DNA of 62,304 bases, filler included, from 3 parts of 3 records of this genome joined end to end with filler, not necessarily neighbours in it; one strand, 5' to 3'; positions 1-9,680 are shown, counted from the first letter of the whole stretch. Notes: generated from the letters alone by a model not told the origin. Program-made: numbers and translations.

Positions 1-924
1 GGCGCATTTGATCGGCATGGGCGGCTGGGTAAACAGCGCCCGGCCCCCTTTCAGCCCTTGCACCAATTGCCATGTATAGGGCGCCAGATCGTAGCGATAA
101 TTCGAGGTGACACCGTTTTTGCCCAGCGTCTCTAGCAGGCCATCGATGCGGCCCCAATCCAGCTTGATGCCGGGGCACACCACCAGGCGATCATATGTCA
201 CAACGCGGCAGCCATCCAAAATAACCGCATTTTTTTCAGGCTCAAACGCCGCCACCGCAGATTTGACCCAATGCACGCCTTTGGGAATAAGGCTGCCCAT
301 GGTTTTGGCGGTGGTTTGCGCCTCGAAGATACCGGCGCCCACCATGGTCCAGCCGGGCTGGTAATAATGGATGTCGGCCGGGTCTAGAATGGCGATGTTC
401 AGCCCGGGCTTGCGCGCAATCAGGCTGCTGGCCACAGCAATACCCGCAGCGCCGCCCCCCACGATGACCACCTCGAAATGCGCGTCGCCCGTATCGGTGG
501 GGGTTTTGCCGCCATTCACGATGCGCCGCACAACACCCGACATATCATAGCCCACCGCTGCGGTGGTTTGTAAAATCTCTGCGGTTGTTTTCTCGCCTGC
601 CACGGCCAAAGACCACAGCGTGGCCGAACGCGTGCCCGTGCGGCAATAGGCCAATGCCGGCCCCGGCAAGGCCACCAGCGCCTCGCGAAAGGCCAGCGCA
701 TCGGCGTCTTCTACCTTGCCCGAAACGATCGGCAGGTAGCGGCAATGCAGGCCAGCGGCGGCGGCGGCGGTTTCGATTTCCTCGAAATTGGGCTGGTCGG
801 CCCCTTCGCCATCGGGGCGGTTGCAAATGATTGCGCGATAGCCCGCGGCGGCAATGGCAGGAATGTCTTGCGGTGTGATCTGCGGCATCACCGAAAGGCC
901 TGCGGTCAGTTTACGAAATTCCAT
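1..924 (-). CDS. sqr: DUF442 (TIGR01244) sulfurtransferase fused to type II sulfide:quinone oxidoreductase; 3' end runs off the window and the gene is not in the ORF track
   Basis: My translation from ATG 924 (RBS GAGGAG): MEFRKLTAGLSVMPQITP..IICNRPDGEGADQP..LAYCRTGTRS (DUF442 CRxGxR), then VVIVGGGAAG (FAD binding), HYYQPGWTMVGAG, GVTSNY and PIKCA, which are type II SQR motifs. Confidence 0.9.
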   Translation of the reverse strand, partial: MEFRKLTAGLSVMPQITPQDIPAIAAAGYRAIICNRPDGEGADQPNFEEIETAAAAAGLHCRYLPIVSGKVEDADALAFREALVALPGPALAYCRTGTRSATLWSLAVAGEKTTAEILQTTAAVGYDMSGVVRRIVNGGKTPTDTGDAHFEVVIVGGGAAGIAVASSLIARKPGLNIAILDPADIHYYQPGWTMVGAGIFEAQTTAKTMGSLIPKGVHWVKSAVAAFEPEKNAVILDGCRVVTYDRLVVCPGIKLDWGRIDGLLETLGKNGVTSNYRYDLAPYTWQLVQGLKGGRALFTQPPMPIKCA

Positions 925-962
925 GCTTTGCTCCTCGGTCACGCAGGGTGTGCGACAGCATA

Positions 963-980
963 CATTCAGCATCGCGAATG
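963..980. promoter_or_regulatory. SqrR/BigR-type operator CATTC-N8-GAATG in the sqr promoter
   Basis: CATTC agcatcgc GAATG lies about 40 nt upstream of the sqr ATG, next to a -10-like TATGCT (minus strand 957-962); it matches the ATTC-N8-GAAT motif of Rhodobacter capsulatus SqrR. Confidence 0.75.
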
Positions 981-1292
981 CAACAAGCCTTTCCTTGCCG
1001 GCCACAGCCCTGCCGCGGCCCCGCCCCACCACCGGCGTTTGGCACAGGCAAACCGCCCCAAGATCGCTAACATATTCACAAAACGGGTTTTATTTACCTT
1101 AAGGCATCCGCAATGCAGCAGCCCATCAGCGCCCAGACGCCTATAAAGCCGGGGGTTTTGGCAAAATGTCGCACGCGGCGCAGGCCAGCCGCGCGCGTGG
1201 CCTTACGGCCTTGATCACGAATCATTGGCCACAGCACAGCGGGCAACGCATCGGGCCTTTTCACAGGCCGGTGGGCGCGCTATGTCGGCGCC

Positions 1293-2363
1293 ATGACGCG
1301 GATCGAGGATATATACCACCAGCGCGTGGCCCAAGGCAGCCTGCAGCCCGACCCGGCGCAACAGGCCGCTTTGCCACAATTGGCCCGTATTGCGCAGGCG
1401 CTTACGGCACCGCAAAAACGCGGCTGGTTTTCACGGCGCAAACCCAGCCCCGTGCAGGGGCTATACCTGTGGGGCGGCGTTGGGCGCGGCAAATCTATGC
1501 TGATGGATCTGTTTGTAGAAACGCTGGATGTGCCGGTGCGGCGCGTGCATTTTCATGCCTTCATGCAAGAGATCCAATCTGCCCTGCACGAGGCCCGCAA
1601 AACCCAAACCGCCGATGCCATAGCACCTGTGGCCCGCGCCGTTTCCGACAGCGTGCGCGTGCTGGCCTTTGACGAGATGCAAATCACCGATATTGCCGAT
1701 GCAATGATCGTTGGGCGGTTGTTTGAGAAACTGTTTGATGCGGGCGTCGTGGTGGTGACCACCTCAAACAGGGTGCCGGAAGATCTGTATAAAAACGGGC
1801 TGAACCGGCATTTGTTTTTGCCCTTCATCGCGCTGTTGCAGCAGCACATGGTTGTGCACGAATTGGCCAGCCCCAATGATTACCGGCAAAACCGCCTGGC
1901 GGGTATGCAGGTGTATTTCACCGCCGCCGATGGGCAGGCCCGCGCCGCTATGGATGGCATTTGGCACGATTTCACCGGCGGGCACAGCAGCGCGTTAACC
2001 CTGACAGTAAAGGGGCGCCAATTGGTGGTGCCCCGCTACGGAAATGGCGTGGCGCGCAGCAGTTTTCACGATCTGTGTGGCCAGATGCTAGGGGCGGGCG
2101 ATTATCTGGCGCTGGCCAATGCCGTGCGGGTTTTGATGCTGGATGACATCCCACGCCTGTCGCGCACCAATTTTAACGAAGCCAAGCGTTTTGTCACCCT
2201 GATCGATGCGCTATACGAGGCGCGGGTGCGCTTGATCTGCTCGGCCGCGGCACAGCCCGAGATGCTGTATCTCGAAGGCGAAGGCGTGTTTGAATTTGAA
2301 CGCACCGCCAGCCGCCTGCGCGAGATGCAGGCCCAGGATTGGGGCCAAGACAGCAGCCATTAA
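1293..2363 (+). CDS. zapE: Cell division ATPase ZapE (AFG1 family)
   Basis: GLYLWGGVGRGKSMLMD, RVHFHAFM, FDEMQITDIADAMI, TSNRVPEDLY, RFVTLIDALYE, FERTASRLREMQ. Confidence 0.93.
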   Translation: MTRIEDIYHQRVAQGSLQPDPAQQAALPQLARIAQALTAPQKRGWFSRRKPSPVQGLYLWGGVGRGKSMLMDLFVETLDVPVRRVHFHAFMQEIQSALHEARKTQTADAIAPVARAVSDSVRVLAFDEMQITDIADAMIVGRLFEKLFDAGVVVVTTSNRVPEDLYKNGLNRHLFLPFIALLQQHMVVHELASPNDYRQNRLAGMQVYFTAADGQARAAMDGIWHDFTGGHSSALTLTVKGRQLVVPRYGNGVARSSFHDLCGQMLGAGDYLALANAVRVLMLDDIPRLSRTNFNEAKRFVTLIDALYEARVRLICSAAAQPEMLYLEGEGVFEFERTASRLREMQAQDWGQDSSH

Positions 2364-2373
2364 CCGCCCTGCT

Positions 2374-2435
2374 GCGTCACAAACCTGTTTCAACCGCGTC
2401 ACAAAAGTTTTCGACAACCGTCACACAACCGATTC
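2374..2435 (+). promoter_or_regulatory. Tandem Pho boxes (PhoB sites) upstream of phnC
   Basis: 7-mers at an exact 11-bp period: GCGTCAC 2374, CTGTTTC 2385, GCGTCAC 2396, GTTTTCG 2407, CCGTCAC 2418, CCGATTC 2429, with A-rich 4-nt spacers. Confidence 0.8.
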
Positions 2436-2477
2436 CTACCAAATGCTACCCCCAGCGCCAATGATTTGGGGGACCAT

Positions 2478-3308
2478 ATGCTGGATGTGATCAGCCTAAC
2501 CAAGACATTCGGCGCCAACACGGCGGTGGATAATGCAACCTTCAAGGTCGATCGCCCATTGATGCTGGGCATCATTGGCCGGTCTGGCGCGGGGAAATCC
2601 ACGCTGTTGCGGATGCTGAACCGCCTGACCACATCCAACAGCGGCCAAGTGCTGTTTCAGGGGCGCGACGTGCTGGCGCTGCAGGGGCGCGACAAGCGCA
2701 ACTGGCAGTCTGATTGCGCCATGATCTTTCAGCAGTTCAATCTGGTGCCGCGCATGGATGTTGTCTCGAACGTGCTGCACGGCACTTTGGGGCGGCGCAG
2801 CACCTTGGCCACGATGTTCAATCTGTTCCCGCGCGAGGATATCGAACGCGCCATCGCCATTCTCGATCGTTTGGGCATCGCCGAACACGCCCCCAAACGC
2901 GCCGAGGCGCTTTCAGGCGGGCAGCAACAGCGCGTGGCTATTGCCCGCGCCCTGATGCAAGACCCAAAGATCATTTTGGCCGATGAACCCATCGCCAGCC
3001 TTGACCCGATGAATGCCCAAACCGTGATGGAGGCCCTGCGCCGCATCAACCAGGAAGACGGGCGTATGGTGATCGCCAACCTGCACACATTGGATACCGC
3101 CCGCCGCTATTGCGACCGCATCATCGGCATGCGTGATGGGCGCATCGTGTTTGATGGCAACCCCAGCCAGCTGACCACGGGCGTCGCACGCGACATTTAC
3201 GGTGCCGATGCTGATTTCTCCGAAGCAGCCACCAGCACCAGCATCGACGCAATCGGCCGCTCGGACGCTGCCGATGCGGTTATCCGCGCGGCGCAAGCCG
3301 CCATCTAA
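2478..3308 (+). CDS. phnC: Phosphonate ABC transporter ATP-binding protein
   Basis: [55 protein letters not shown]; first gene of phnCDEE. Confidence 0.95.
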   Translation: MLDVISLTKTFGANTAVDNATFKVDRPLMLGIIGRSGAGKSTLLRMLNRLTTSNSGQVLFQGRDVLALQGRDKRNWQSDCAMIFQQFNLVPRMDVVSNVLHGTLGRRSTLATMFNLFPREDIERAIAILDRLGIAEHAPKRAEALSGGQQQRVAIARALMQDPKIILADEPIASLDPMNAQTVMEALRRINQEDGRMVIANLHTLDTARRYCDRIIGMRDGRIVFDGNPSQLTTGVARDIYGADADFSEAATSTSIDAIGRSDAADAVIRAAQAAI

Positions 3309-3357
3309 GTTCATCGGCCCCGGCGCGGCCGGGGTGCTTAACCGGGAGACCACACAG

Positions 3358-4257
3358 ATGAAAAACCTTATTGCAGCCATCTTGGCCACGACTGCACTGG
3401 CAGGCGCCGCGCAGGCCCAGGATATCACCGAATTTCGCATCGGCGTGCTGGGTGGCGAAAACGCCCAAGACCGCCTGACATCGACCGAATGCTACCGCAC
3501 CAAAGCCGAAGCGCTGCTGGGCGTGCCGGTAAAGGTGTTCACCCCTGCCGATTACGACGGCGTGATCCAGGGCCTGTTGGGCGGCACCATCGACATGGCC
3601 TGGCTGGGCGCATCGGGCTATGCCAAAACCTACCTGACCGATCCCGAAGCGGTCGAGCCGGTGCTGGTGAAGGTAAACACCGATGGCTCGTATGGCTACC
3701 ACTCGATCGGCTTTGCCCGCAAAGACAGCGGCATCACCTCGCTGCAAGACATGCAGGACAAAAAATTTGGCTTTGGCGATCCGAACTCGACCAGCGGCTA
3801 CCTGATCCCGTCGATCGAAATCCCTGCCATCACTGGCAAATCGATGGAAAACGGTGCCTATTTCGGTGAGGTTGTCTTCACCGGCGGGCACGAGCAAACC
3901 ATCGTTGCGGTCAACAATGGCGATGTTGACGGCGGTGTGACCTGGGCCGATGGCCTGGGCAACTGGGAAGATGGCTACAATTCCGGCGCGCTGCGCAAGG
4001 CCGTAGATGCGGGCCTGGTTGACATGAACGATCTGGTCGAAATCTGGCGTTCCAAACCCATCCCCGAAGGCCCGATCGTGCTGCGCAAGGCCCTGCCCGA
4101 GCGGGTAAAGCTGGATGTTGTATCGCTAACCGCCTCGCTGAAAGCACTGGATCCCGAATGCGCCTATAACTTCATGGCCGGTGAATCGCTGGGTGTGATG
4201 CCCATCAACCACGACGCCTATCTGTCGATCATCGAGGCACGCAAATCGAAGATGTAA
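3358..4257 (+). CDS. phnD: Phosphonate ABC transporter substrate-binding protein
   Basis: Signal peptide MKNLIAAILATTALAGAAQA; DPNSTSGYLIP and GGHEQ motifs; RBS GGGAG. Confidence 0.95.
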   Translation: MKNLIAAILATTALAGAAQAQDITEFRIGVLGGENAQDRLTSTECYRTKAEALLGVPVKVFTPADYDGVIQGLLGGTIDMAWLGASGYAKTYLTDPEAVEPVLVKVNTDGSYGYHSIGFARKDSGITSLQDMQDKKFGFGDPNSTSGYLIPSIEIPAITGKSMENGAYFGEVVFTGGHEQTIVAVNNGDVDGGVTWADGLGNWEDGYNSGALRKAVDAGLVDMNDLVEIWRSKPIPEGPIVLRKALPERVKLDVVSLTASLKALDPECAYNFMAGESLGVMPINHDAYLSIIEARKSKM

Positions 4258-4274
4258 GCCAAATTTGGCAAATT

Positions 4275-4303
4275 GCGCCGGGCCCCGTGATCGGGCCCGG
4301 CGC
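4275..4303 (+). other. Intercistronic GC stem-loop after phnD (likely stabilises the mRNA)
   Basis: Perfect 11-bp inverted repeat GCGCCGGGCCC-cgtgatc-GGGCCCGGCGC with no U tract. Confidence 0.6.
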
Positions 4304-4326
4304 CCGTGTATCTACAGGAATGCCCC

Positions 4327-5190
4327 ATGACCGATGCCACCGCAAACGCCGGCGCGCTTTCGCAGCTGCAGGCCCATTACATCCAGCATATCCAGCGCAA
4401 ACGCCTTTACAGCGCAATCATGCTGACAATTTTTGTGCTGTTGATGGTATCGGGCTTTATGCTGGCCGATGCGCGCAACGCCGGTGGCTTTTGGGCAGGC
4501 CTGCATCAGATTTTTGATTTCCCAGCCGAGGTGCTAACCGAGGCCGGCGAAAAGTTGGCAAACCTGCCGGGGCTGATGGTGAAATTCCTGCCCTCGCTGA
4601 TCGAAACGCTGAACATTGCTGGCGCCTCTACGCTGATCGGGGCGATGATCGCCATTGTTTTGTCGCTGCTCTCTACCCGGGGGCTGGCGCGTTGGCCGCG
4701 GCTGGTGGGGGTGTTTCGCCGCAGCATGGATATCATGCGTGCCCTGCCTGAAATCGTGATCGCGCTGGTGTTGATCTTTATCCTGGGCGGTGGCCCGGTG
4801 CCTGCCATGATTGCAATTGCGTTTCACACCGCCGGGGCCTTGGGCAAACTGTTTTCCGAGGTCAATGAAAACGCCAGCCTAAAGCCTGTCGAGGGGCTAC
4901 AATCGGTGGGGGCCAGCTGGGGGCAGCGCATGTTGCTGGGGGTGTTGCCACAGGTGGCGCCAAATTACCTTAGCTATGCTTTGCTGCGCTTTGAAATCAA
5001 CATCCGCGCCTCGGCGATCTTGGGCTTTGTTGGCTCGGGCGGCATTGGCTATGACCTGAAAAACGCCTTTAGCTGGGGCCTGGGCCGCTACGACGAGGTG
5101 GCCGCAATCTTTATCATCTTGTTTCTGACCATCGTCGCGGTGGATCAAGGATCCAGCTATTTCCGCAACCGTATTGTAGAGGGGCGCTGA
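4327..5190 (+). CDS. phnE: Phosphonate ABC transporter permease
   Basis: Hydrophobic; MRALPEIV, LGKLFSEVNEN, RFEINIRASAILGFVGSGGIG. Confidence 0.93.
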   Translation: MTDATANAGALSQLQAHYIQHIQRKRLYSAIMLTIFVLLMVSGFMLADARNAGGFWAGLHQIFDFPAEVLTEAGEKLANLPGLMVKFLPSLIETLNIAGASTLIGAMIAIVLSLLSTRGLARWPRLVGVFRRSMDIMRALPEIVIALVLIFILGGGPVPAMIAIAFHTAGALGKLFSEVNENASLKPVEGLQSVGASWGQRMLLGVLPQVAPNYLSYALLRFEINIRASAILGFVGSGGIGYDLKNAFSWGLGRYDEVAAIFIILFLTIVAVDQGSSYFRNRIVEGR

Positions 5191-5191
5191 C

Positions 5192-6526
5192 ATGGCCGCG
5201 ACCGATATCTCTTTGGCCCAGCGCGGGCAGGCAACCGCGCAGATCTTTCAGCGCCGGCGGATCATCAGCTTTGGCCTGTTGCTGGCCGTCTTGGCATATT
5301 TGGCCTATGTCTTTTTCGCCTTCAACGTGCCAGGGCTGGTGGAACGCGCACGCATGGATAACGCGGCGATTTTGGTGCGCGATGTCTACAGCTATAAAAC
5401 CCATGTCACCCGCGACAATCGCACCGGCGGCCTTAGCGTGGCCATCGAGGGCGAGCAAAAAGGCACCTACCCCAAAGGCATGTTGCCCGATTGGGTGGCA
5501 ACGGCAGATGGCATCACCGATATCACCCTGCCTGATGGGCATAGCGTGCGCTTTGCCCCCGAGGCGGTGGTTTATGCCCACCCCGGCTTTGGGCAGATCA
5601 CCGTGATCCCCAGCCGCAGCGGCATAGAGCTGCGCCTGCCCCAGGGCCAAGACCTGCCCGCATGGATCAACGCCTCGAAAACCCGGGTGGCCATCACCAC
5701 CGATGCCGGCCGCCTGACCGTCACCAAGGCCCGCACCGAGGTGTTTCGCTATGCCTTTGGGTGGGAATTGTTCTTTTTCACGCTGGATAGCCCCTTTTAT
5801 GGCAAATCAGCCGCCGAGTTGCTGGGCTTGGCCCTGTCGGGCGATCAGCTGCGCCCCGGCCAATCAAACCTGGCGGCCATGGCCCAAGACATCTGGACCA
5901 ACAAAATGTGGCGCCATGGCGATGTGGCTTGGGCCATTTTTGAAACCATCCTTATGGCCTTTTTGGGCACGATGGGGGCGGCGCTGATATCGTTGCCATT
6001 GGCATTTCTGGCGGCGGCAAATTTTGCCCCGCTCAGCAGCGTGCGCTTTGCCATGCGGCGGATATTCGATTTCGTGCGCGGGGTGGACGGGCTGATCTGG
6101 ACAATCATCTTATCGCGTGCCTTTGGCCCCGGCCCCATGACCGGCGCCCTGGCCATCCTGATTACGGACACTGGCAGTTTTGGCAAAATGTTCTCGGAAG
6201 CGCTGGAAAATGTCGATGACAAACAGATCGAGGGCGTTGCCTCGACCGGGGCGAAAACCAGCCAGCGCTACCGCTTTGGCGTGATCCCGCAGATCACCCC
6301 GGTGCTGCTGAGCCAGGTGCTGTATTATCTTGAAAGCAACACCCGCAGCGCCACGGTGATCGGCGCGATCACCGGCGGGGGTATTGGCCTGCTATTGACC
6401 CAAGCCATCATCACCCAGAAAGATTGGGAAGAGGTGGGCTATTACATCACCTTGGTGATTTTGATGGTCATGGCCATGGACAGCCTGTCGGGCTGGTTAC
6501 GCAACAAATTGATCAAGGGCGAGTAA
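5192..6526 (+). CDS. phnE: Second phosphonate permease with a long periplasmic N-terminal region
   Basis: C-terminal [12 protein letters not shown] and [20 protein letters not shown]; about 200 aa soluble insert after the first TM helix. Confidence 0.9.
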   Translation: MAATDISLAQRGQATAQIFQRRRIISFGLLLAVLAYLAYVFFAFNVPGLVERARMDNAAILVRDVYSYKTHVTRDNRTGGLSVAIEGEQKGTYPKGMLPDWVATADGITDITLPDGHSVRFAPEAVVYAHPGFGQITVIPSRSGIELRLPQGQDLPAWINASKTRVAITTDAGRLTVTKARTEVFRYAFGWELFFFTLDSPFYGKSAAELLGLALSGDQLRPGQSNLAAMAQDIWTNKMWRHGDVAWAIFETILMAFLGTMGAALISLPLAFLAAANFAPLSSVRFAMRRIFDFVRGVDGLIWTIILSRAFGPGPMTGALAILITDTGSFGKMFSEALENVDDKQIEGVASTGAKTSQRYRFGVIPQITPVLLSQVLYYLESNTRSATVIGAITGGGIGLLLTQAIITQKDWEEVGYYITLVILMVMAMDSLSGWLRNKLIKGE

Positions 6527-6531
6527 TCCTC

Positions 6532-7146
6532 ATGCCACGTCTGGGCCAACAGCCGTTTATCCACCCCGAATGCCAGATCACCAATACCGAATTTGGTGCC
6601 TTTGTGGAAATTGGCCAGGGCAGCCGCGTGCAAAACAGCCGCTTTGGTGATTACAGCTATTGCGACCGCTATGCCGATATTGCCAATGCCGAGATTGGCA
6701 AATTCGCAAATATCGCAGCCTTCACGCGCATTGGCCCCACCGATCACCCCATGGCGCAACCCAGCTTGCACCATTTTCTGTATCGCTCGGCCGATTACTG
6801 GGACGATGCCGAACCTGATGCCGCATTTTTCGAAAAGCGCGCATCACGTGTGGCCCATATTGGCCATGACACATGGGTGGGCCATGGCGCGGTGATACGC
6901 CCCGAGGTGCGCATTGGCGATGGGGCGGTGGTGGCCTCGATGGCGGTTGTCACCAAAGATGTGGCGCCCTACACAGTGGTGGCGGGCATACCGGCAAAAC
7001 CAATCAAGCAGCGCTTTAGCCCCGATATCGCCCAGCGGCTGATCGCACTGGCGTGGTGGGATTGGCCCCATAGCGCATTGCGCAGCGCGCTGCACGATTT
7101 TCGCACCCTGCCGGTAGAGGCGTTTTTAGAAAAATATCGCGGCTAA
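6532..7146 (+). CDS. Phosphonate-cluster hexapeptide-repeat acetyltransferase (CatB/Vat-like)
   Basis: [54 protein letters not shown]; located in the phn operon. Confidence 0.85.
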   Translation: MPRLGQQPFIHPECQITNTEFGAFVEIGQGSRVQNSRFGDYSYCDRYADIANAEIGKFANIAAFTRIGPTDHPMAQPSLHHFLYRSADYWDDAEPDAAFFEKRASRVAHIGHDTWVGHGAVIRPEVRIGDGAVVASMAVVTKDVAPYTVVAGIPAKPIKQRFSPDIAQRLIALAWWDWPHSALRSALHDFRTLPVEAFLEKYRG

Positions 7147-7150
7147 AGCG

Positions 7151-8329
7151 CTATTCAGCCGCCATGCGCATGCTGGGCACCGCGCCCAGCAGGCGCGCGC
7201 CGGCATTGCCCGCCAAATAGGCCAGCCGGCCACCGGCCACCGTGGCCTCGATCGCGCGGGTCTTTTCGTTCATCACCACGAAATCGGCACGCATTCCGCG
7301 CGACAGGCGGCCCCGGTCGTGCAGGCCCAAAATATCAGCCGGGTTTTGCGAGATCAGCGCCCAGGCGCGCGGCAGGGTGCACAGGCCCTTGTCAACCAAG
7401 GCCCAAGCGGCCGCCGCCAGGCAGGGGTAATGATAATCCGACACCAGCGCATCGCATTGCCCGCGCGCAATCAGGGTTGCCGCGGCCACATTGCCCGCCT
7501 GGCTGCCGCCGCGCACCACATTTGGCGCCCCCATGATCACCGGGTCGCCCATGGCCTTGGCCGCCGCCGCCGCGCTGACCGCGGTGGGAAATTCGGCGAT
7601 TTGCGCGCCGATCATGCGAAACCGCTCGCGGGTATCGCCATCGGGGTCGTCGTGGCTGCCGTAATGCACGCCCATCCGGTCAAACGCCTCGGCCAGCGTG
7701 CATAAATGGCGCGCCACCTGCGGGGCAGTTTCGCTGGCCCGGCGCAGGGTGGCGCGAAATTCCTCTAGCGGGCGGCCATCGCGCCCGGCCCATGCAGCAA
7801 ATTTTTCGGGCGCGGCCACGGCCATATCGATGGCTTCGGGCAAATGGTTGTTGAACACGACATAATCGATTTTGTGCCGCTCGACCGCGGCCAAAAACCG
7901 CTCGCGCGTGTCGGGCATATGGGTTTCAAGGCGCAATTGCAGGCGCAGATCGATCAGCGCCTGGGGGCGATGCTCTTGCAGGGCCAGCATCACCGCTTCG
8001 GCAAAATCGGGCCCACGCAGGCCACCCTCCCAGCTCCAGCATTGGGCCATATAGGCGGTGGTCACGCCATGCGCTGCGGCGTCACGCTCGGTCGAGGCCA
8101 GCGCCGCCCCCAAAGGCATAGGCGCCGAGGGTCGGGGCGCCACGTGGCGTTCGAACGCGTCGCCATGCAAATCAACGATACCAGGCAGCAGCAAATAGCC
8201 TGACATATCTACCTCGGGCAGCGGGCCATAGGTGATACGCCCATGTTCAAAGGCCAGCGAACGCTGCTGCAATTCGCCATCACGCAACAGCGTGGCGCCC
8301 GTCAGGCGCAAAGGAGGAAGCATTGTCAT
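7151..8329 (-). CDS. phnM: PhnM-like amidohydrolase (second, divergent alpha-D-ribose 1-methylphosphonate 5-triphosphate diphosphatase paralogue)
   Basis: PGIVDLHGDAFERH, GSHDD, IAEFP, MGAPNVVRGGSQAGNV, LVSDY, GLHDRG. Confidence 0.85.
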   Translation of the reverse strand: MTMLPPLRLTGATLLRDGELQQRSLAFEHGRITYGPLPEVDMSGYLLLPGIVDLHGDAFERHVAPRPSAPMPLGAALASTERDAAAHGVTTAYMAQCWSWEGGLRGPDFAEAVMLALQEHRPQALIDLRLQLRLETHMPDTRERFLAAVERHKIDYVVFNNHLPEAIDMAVAAPEKFAAWAGRDGRPLEEFRATLRRASETAPQVARHLCTLAEAFDRMGVHYGSHDDPDGDTRERFRMIGAQIAEFPTAVSAAAAAKAMGDPVIMGAPNVVRGGSQAGNVAAATLIARGQCDALVSDYHYPCLAAAAWALVDKGLCTLPRAWALISQNPADILGLHDRGRLSRGMRADFVVMNEKTRAIEATVAGGRLAYLAGNAGARLLGAVPSMRMAAE

Positions 8330-8372
8330 TGTGTGAACCCTGCTCTGGTTTTGGGCACCTTACAGGGCAATT

Positions 8373-8390
8373 GTATCGAATGGGTGACGC
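8373..8390 (-). promoter_or_regulatory. Putative Pho box upstream of the PhnM paralogue
   Basis: Minus strand GCGTCAC-ccat-TCGATAC, which resembles the CCGTCAC-acaa-CCGATTC unit upstream of phnC. Confidence 0.5.
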
Positions 8391-8403
8391 TGTCTGCCAA
8401 AGC

Positions 8404-9111
8404 CTAGTCTGGCCCAACCACCAGGGCCACACGCTCGCCCGCAAACCAGGTGGTGCCCAGCTCTAGCGGCACGCCATCGGGCGTGGCATTGACGGCCACG
8501 CTGCGCAACAGCACATCGCCCTCGCGCAGGGCCAACAGCACGGCCTGTGCCGCGCTGGCCTTTTCGGCGGTGATGCGGGTGGACAGGCGCAGATAATCGC
8601 CAATGCCCATCTGCGCCAGGGCCTGCGTGATCGAGGGGTTTTCACCCAAGGCCTGCGCCATGCCGGGCAACCGCGCAACAGGAAACAAGCTGACAAAATG
8701 CGCCATCACCGTGGCCCCCGCCAAAGATAACCCCTCGTAGGCCAGCACCATGGCGCCCGGCTTAAGCCCCAACAGCTGGGCCTCATGCGGATCGCAGGGG
8801 CGCGGTTCAAGCCGCAGGACCTGGCGGTTGGGCAACTGCCCCGCCGCGCGGATGTTTTGCGAAAAGCGCACCCTGCGGCCAATGGGGTAATCGGTGGGGG
8901 CCGATTGCACAAAAACGCCTGCGCCACGGCGGCTGCGCACAATATCGCGCCCCGCCATATCGGCGATCGCATGGCGCACGGTATGGCGGTTTACCCCAAA
9001 CCGCTGGGCCAGCGCCGCCTCGGTGGGCAGTTTCTGACCCGGCTGATAATGGCCCGCGGCAATTTCCGCCTCGAGCGTTGCAGCAATCGATTTCCAAAGC
9101 GGCGTAGGCAT
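8404..9111 (-). CDS. phnF: Phosphonate regulator PhnF (GntR/HutC family with UTRA domain)
   Basis: LPTEAALAQRFGVNRHTVRHAI HTH and YPIGRRVRFSQNI; divergent from phnG; start taken at MPTPLWK. Confidence 0.92.
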   Translation of the reverse strand: MPTPLWKSIAATLEAEIAAGHYQPGQKLPTEAALAQRFGVNRHTVRHAIADMAGRDIVRSRRGAGVFVQSAPTDYPIGRRVRFSQNIRAAGQLPNRQVLRLEPRPCDPHEAQLLGLKPGAMVLAYEGLSLAGATVMAHFVSLFPVARLPGMAQALGENPSITQALAQMGIGDYLRLSTRITAEKASAAQAVLLALREGDVLLRSVAVNATPDGVPLELGTTWFAGERVALVVGPD

Positions 9112-9113
9112 CA

Positions 9114-9131
9114 GTGTCACCAAAGTTTCAC
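9114..9131 (+). promoter_or_regulatory. Pho box for the phnG promoter
   Basis: GTGTCAC-caaa-GTTTCAC, 11-bp period. Confidence 0.65.
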
Positions 9132-9172
9132 AAGACTTTGCTTGCCAGCGGCAAGGCGGGGCGGGTAATATT

Positions 9173-9210
9173 TGTCTAGTTGTATAGTATTTCACAAAGG
9201 TGTCTAGGCA
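9173..9210. promoter_or_regulatory. Putative PhnF (HutC-type) operator repeats
   Basis: TTGTCTAG-TTGTATAG tandem and GTGTCTAGGCA in the AT-rich phnF/phnG intergenic region; resembles HutC-family TGTCTAGACA-type sites. Confidence 0.55.
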
Positions 9211-9680
9211 TGACAAACACGCCCACCGCAGAAACCGCGCCACCCAACGCTGAACGGCAGGCGTGGATGGCCCTATTGGCCAAATGCCCAGCCCAGCACC
9301 TGGCTGATCTGGCAGCACCGCTTGGCGCCACACACCCCCACAGCTGGCTGCGCCCGCCCGAGGTGGGCGGCGTTATGGTGCGCGGGCGCGCCGGGGGCAC
9401 GGGGGCGGCCTTTAATCTGGGCGAGATGACCGTGACCCGCTGCAGCCTGCAGCTGGGCTGCGGCACGGTGGGGCATGCCTATGTGCAAGGGCGCGACAAA
9501 ACCCATGCCACCCATGCCGCCCTGATCGATGCGCTGATGCAAACGGCCCATGCCGCAACCGTGCGCGCCACGGTTTTGGCCCCGCTTCAGGCCACAGCCC
9601 AAGCCGCCCGCGCCCAGCGCGCAAGCCGCGCCGCCACCACAAAGGTGGATTTCTTCACCATGGTCCGAGGAGAGGATTGA
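9210..9680 (+). CDS. phnG: C-P lyase subunit PhnG
   Basis: RPPEVGGVMVRGRAGGTGAAFNLGEMTVTRC; TKVDFFTMVRGED. Confidence 0.95.
   Translation: MTNTPTAETAPPNAERQAWMALLAKCPAQHLADLAAPLGATHPHSWLRPPEVGGVMVRGRAGGTGAAFNLGEMTVTRCSLQLGCGTVGHAYVQGRDKTHATHAALIDALMQTAHAATVRATVLAPLQATAQAARAQRASRAATTKVDFFTMVRGED

Noticed and set aside
107..1672. Small ORFs listed around 107-1672
   Set aside because: They are antisense or off-frame to sqr and zapE, or span the divergent promoter, and have no recognisable motifs
6532..7146. Chloramphenicol or streptogramin resistance gene
   Set aside because: Operon context points to the phosphonate-associated hexapeptide transferase family
8404..9333. Long N-terminal extensions in the ORF track (phnF, phnD, phnK, phnL, BatA protein, ftsW)
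   Set aside because: They overlap neighbouring genes; downstream starts with an RBS or stop/start coupling fit better
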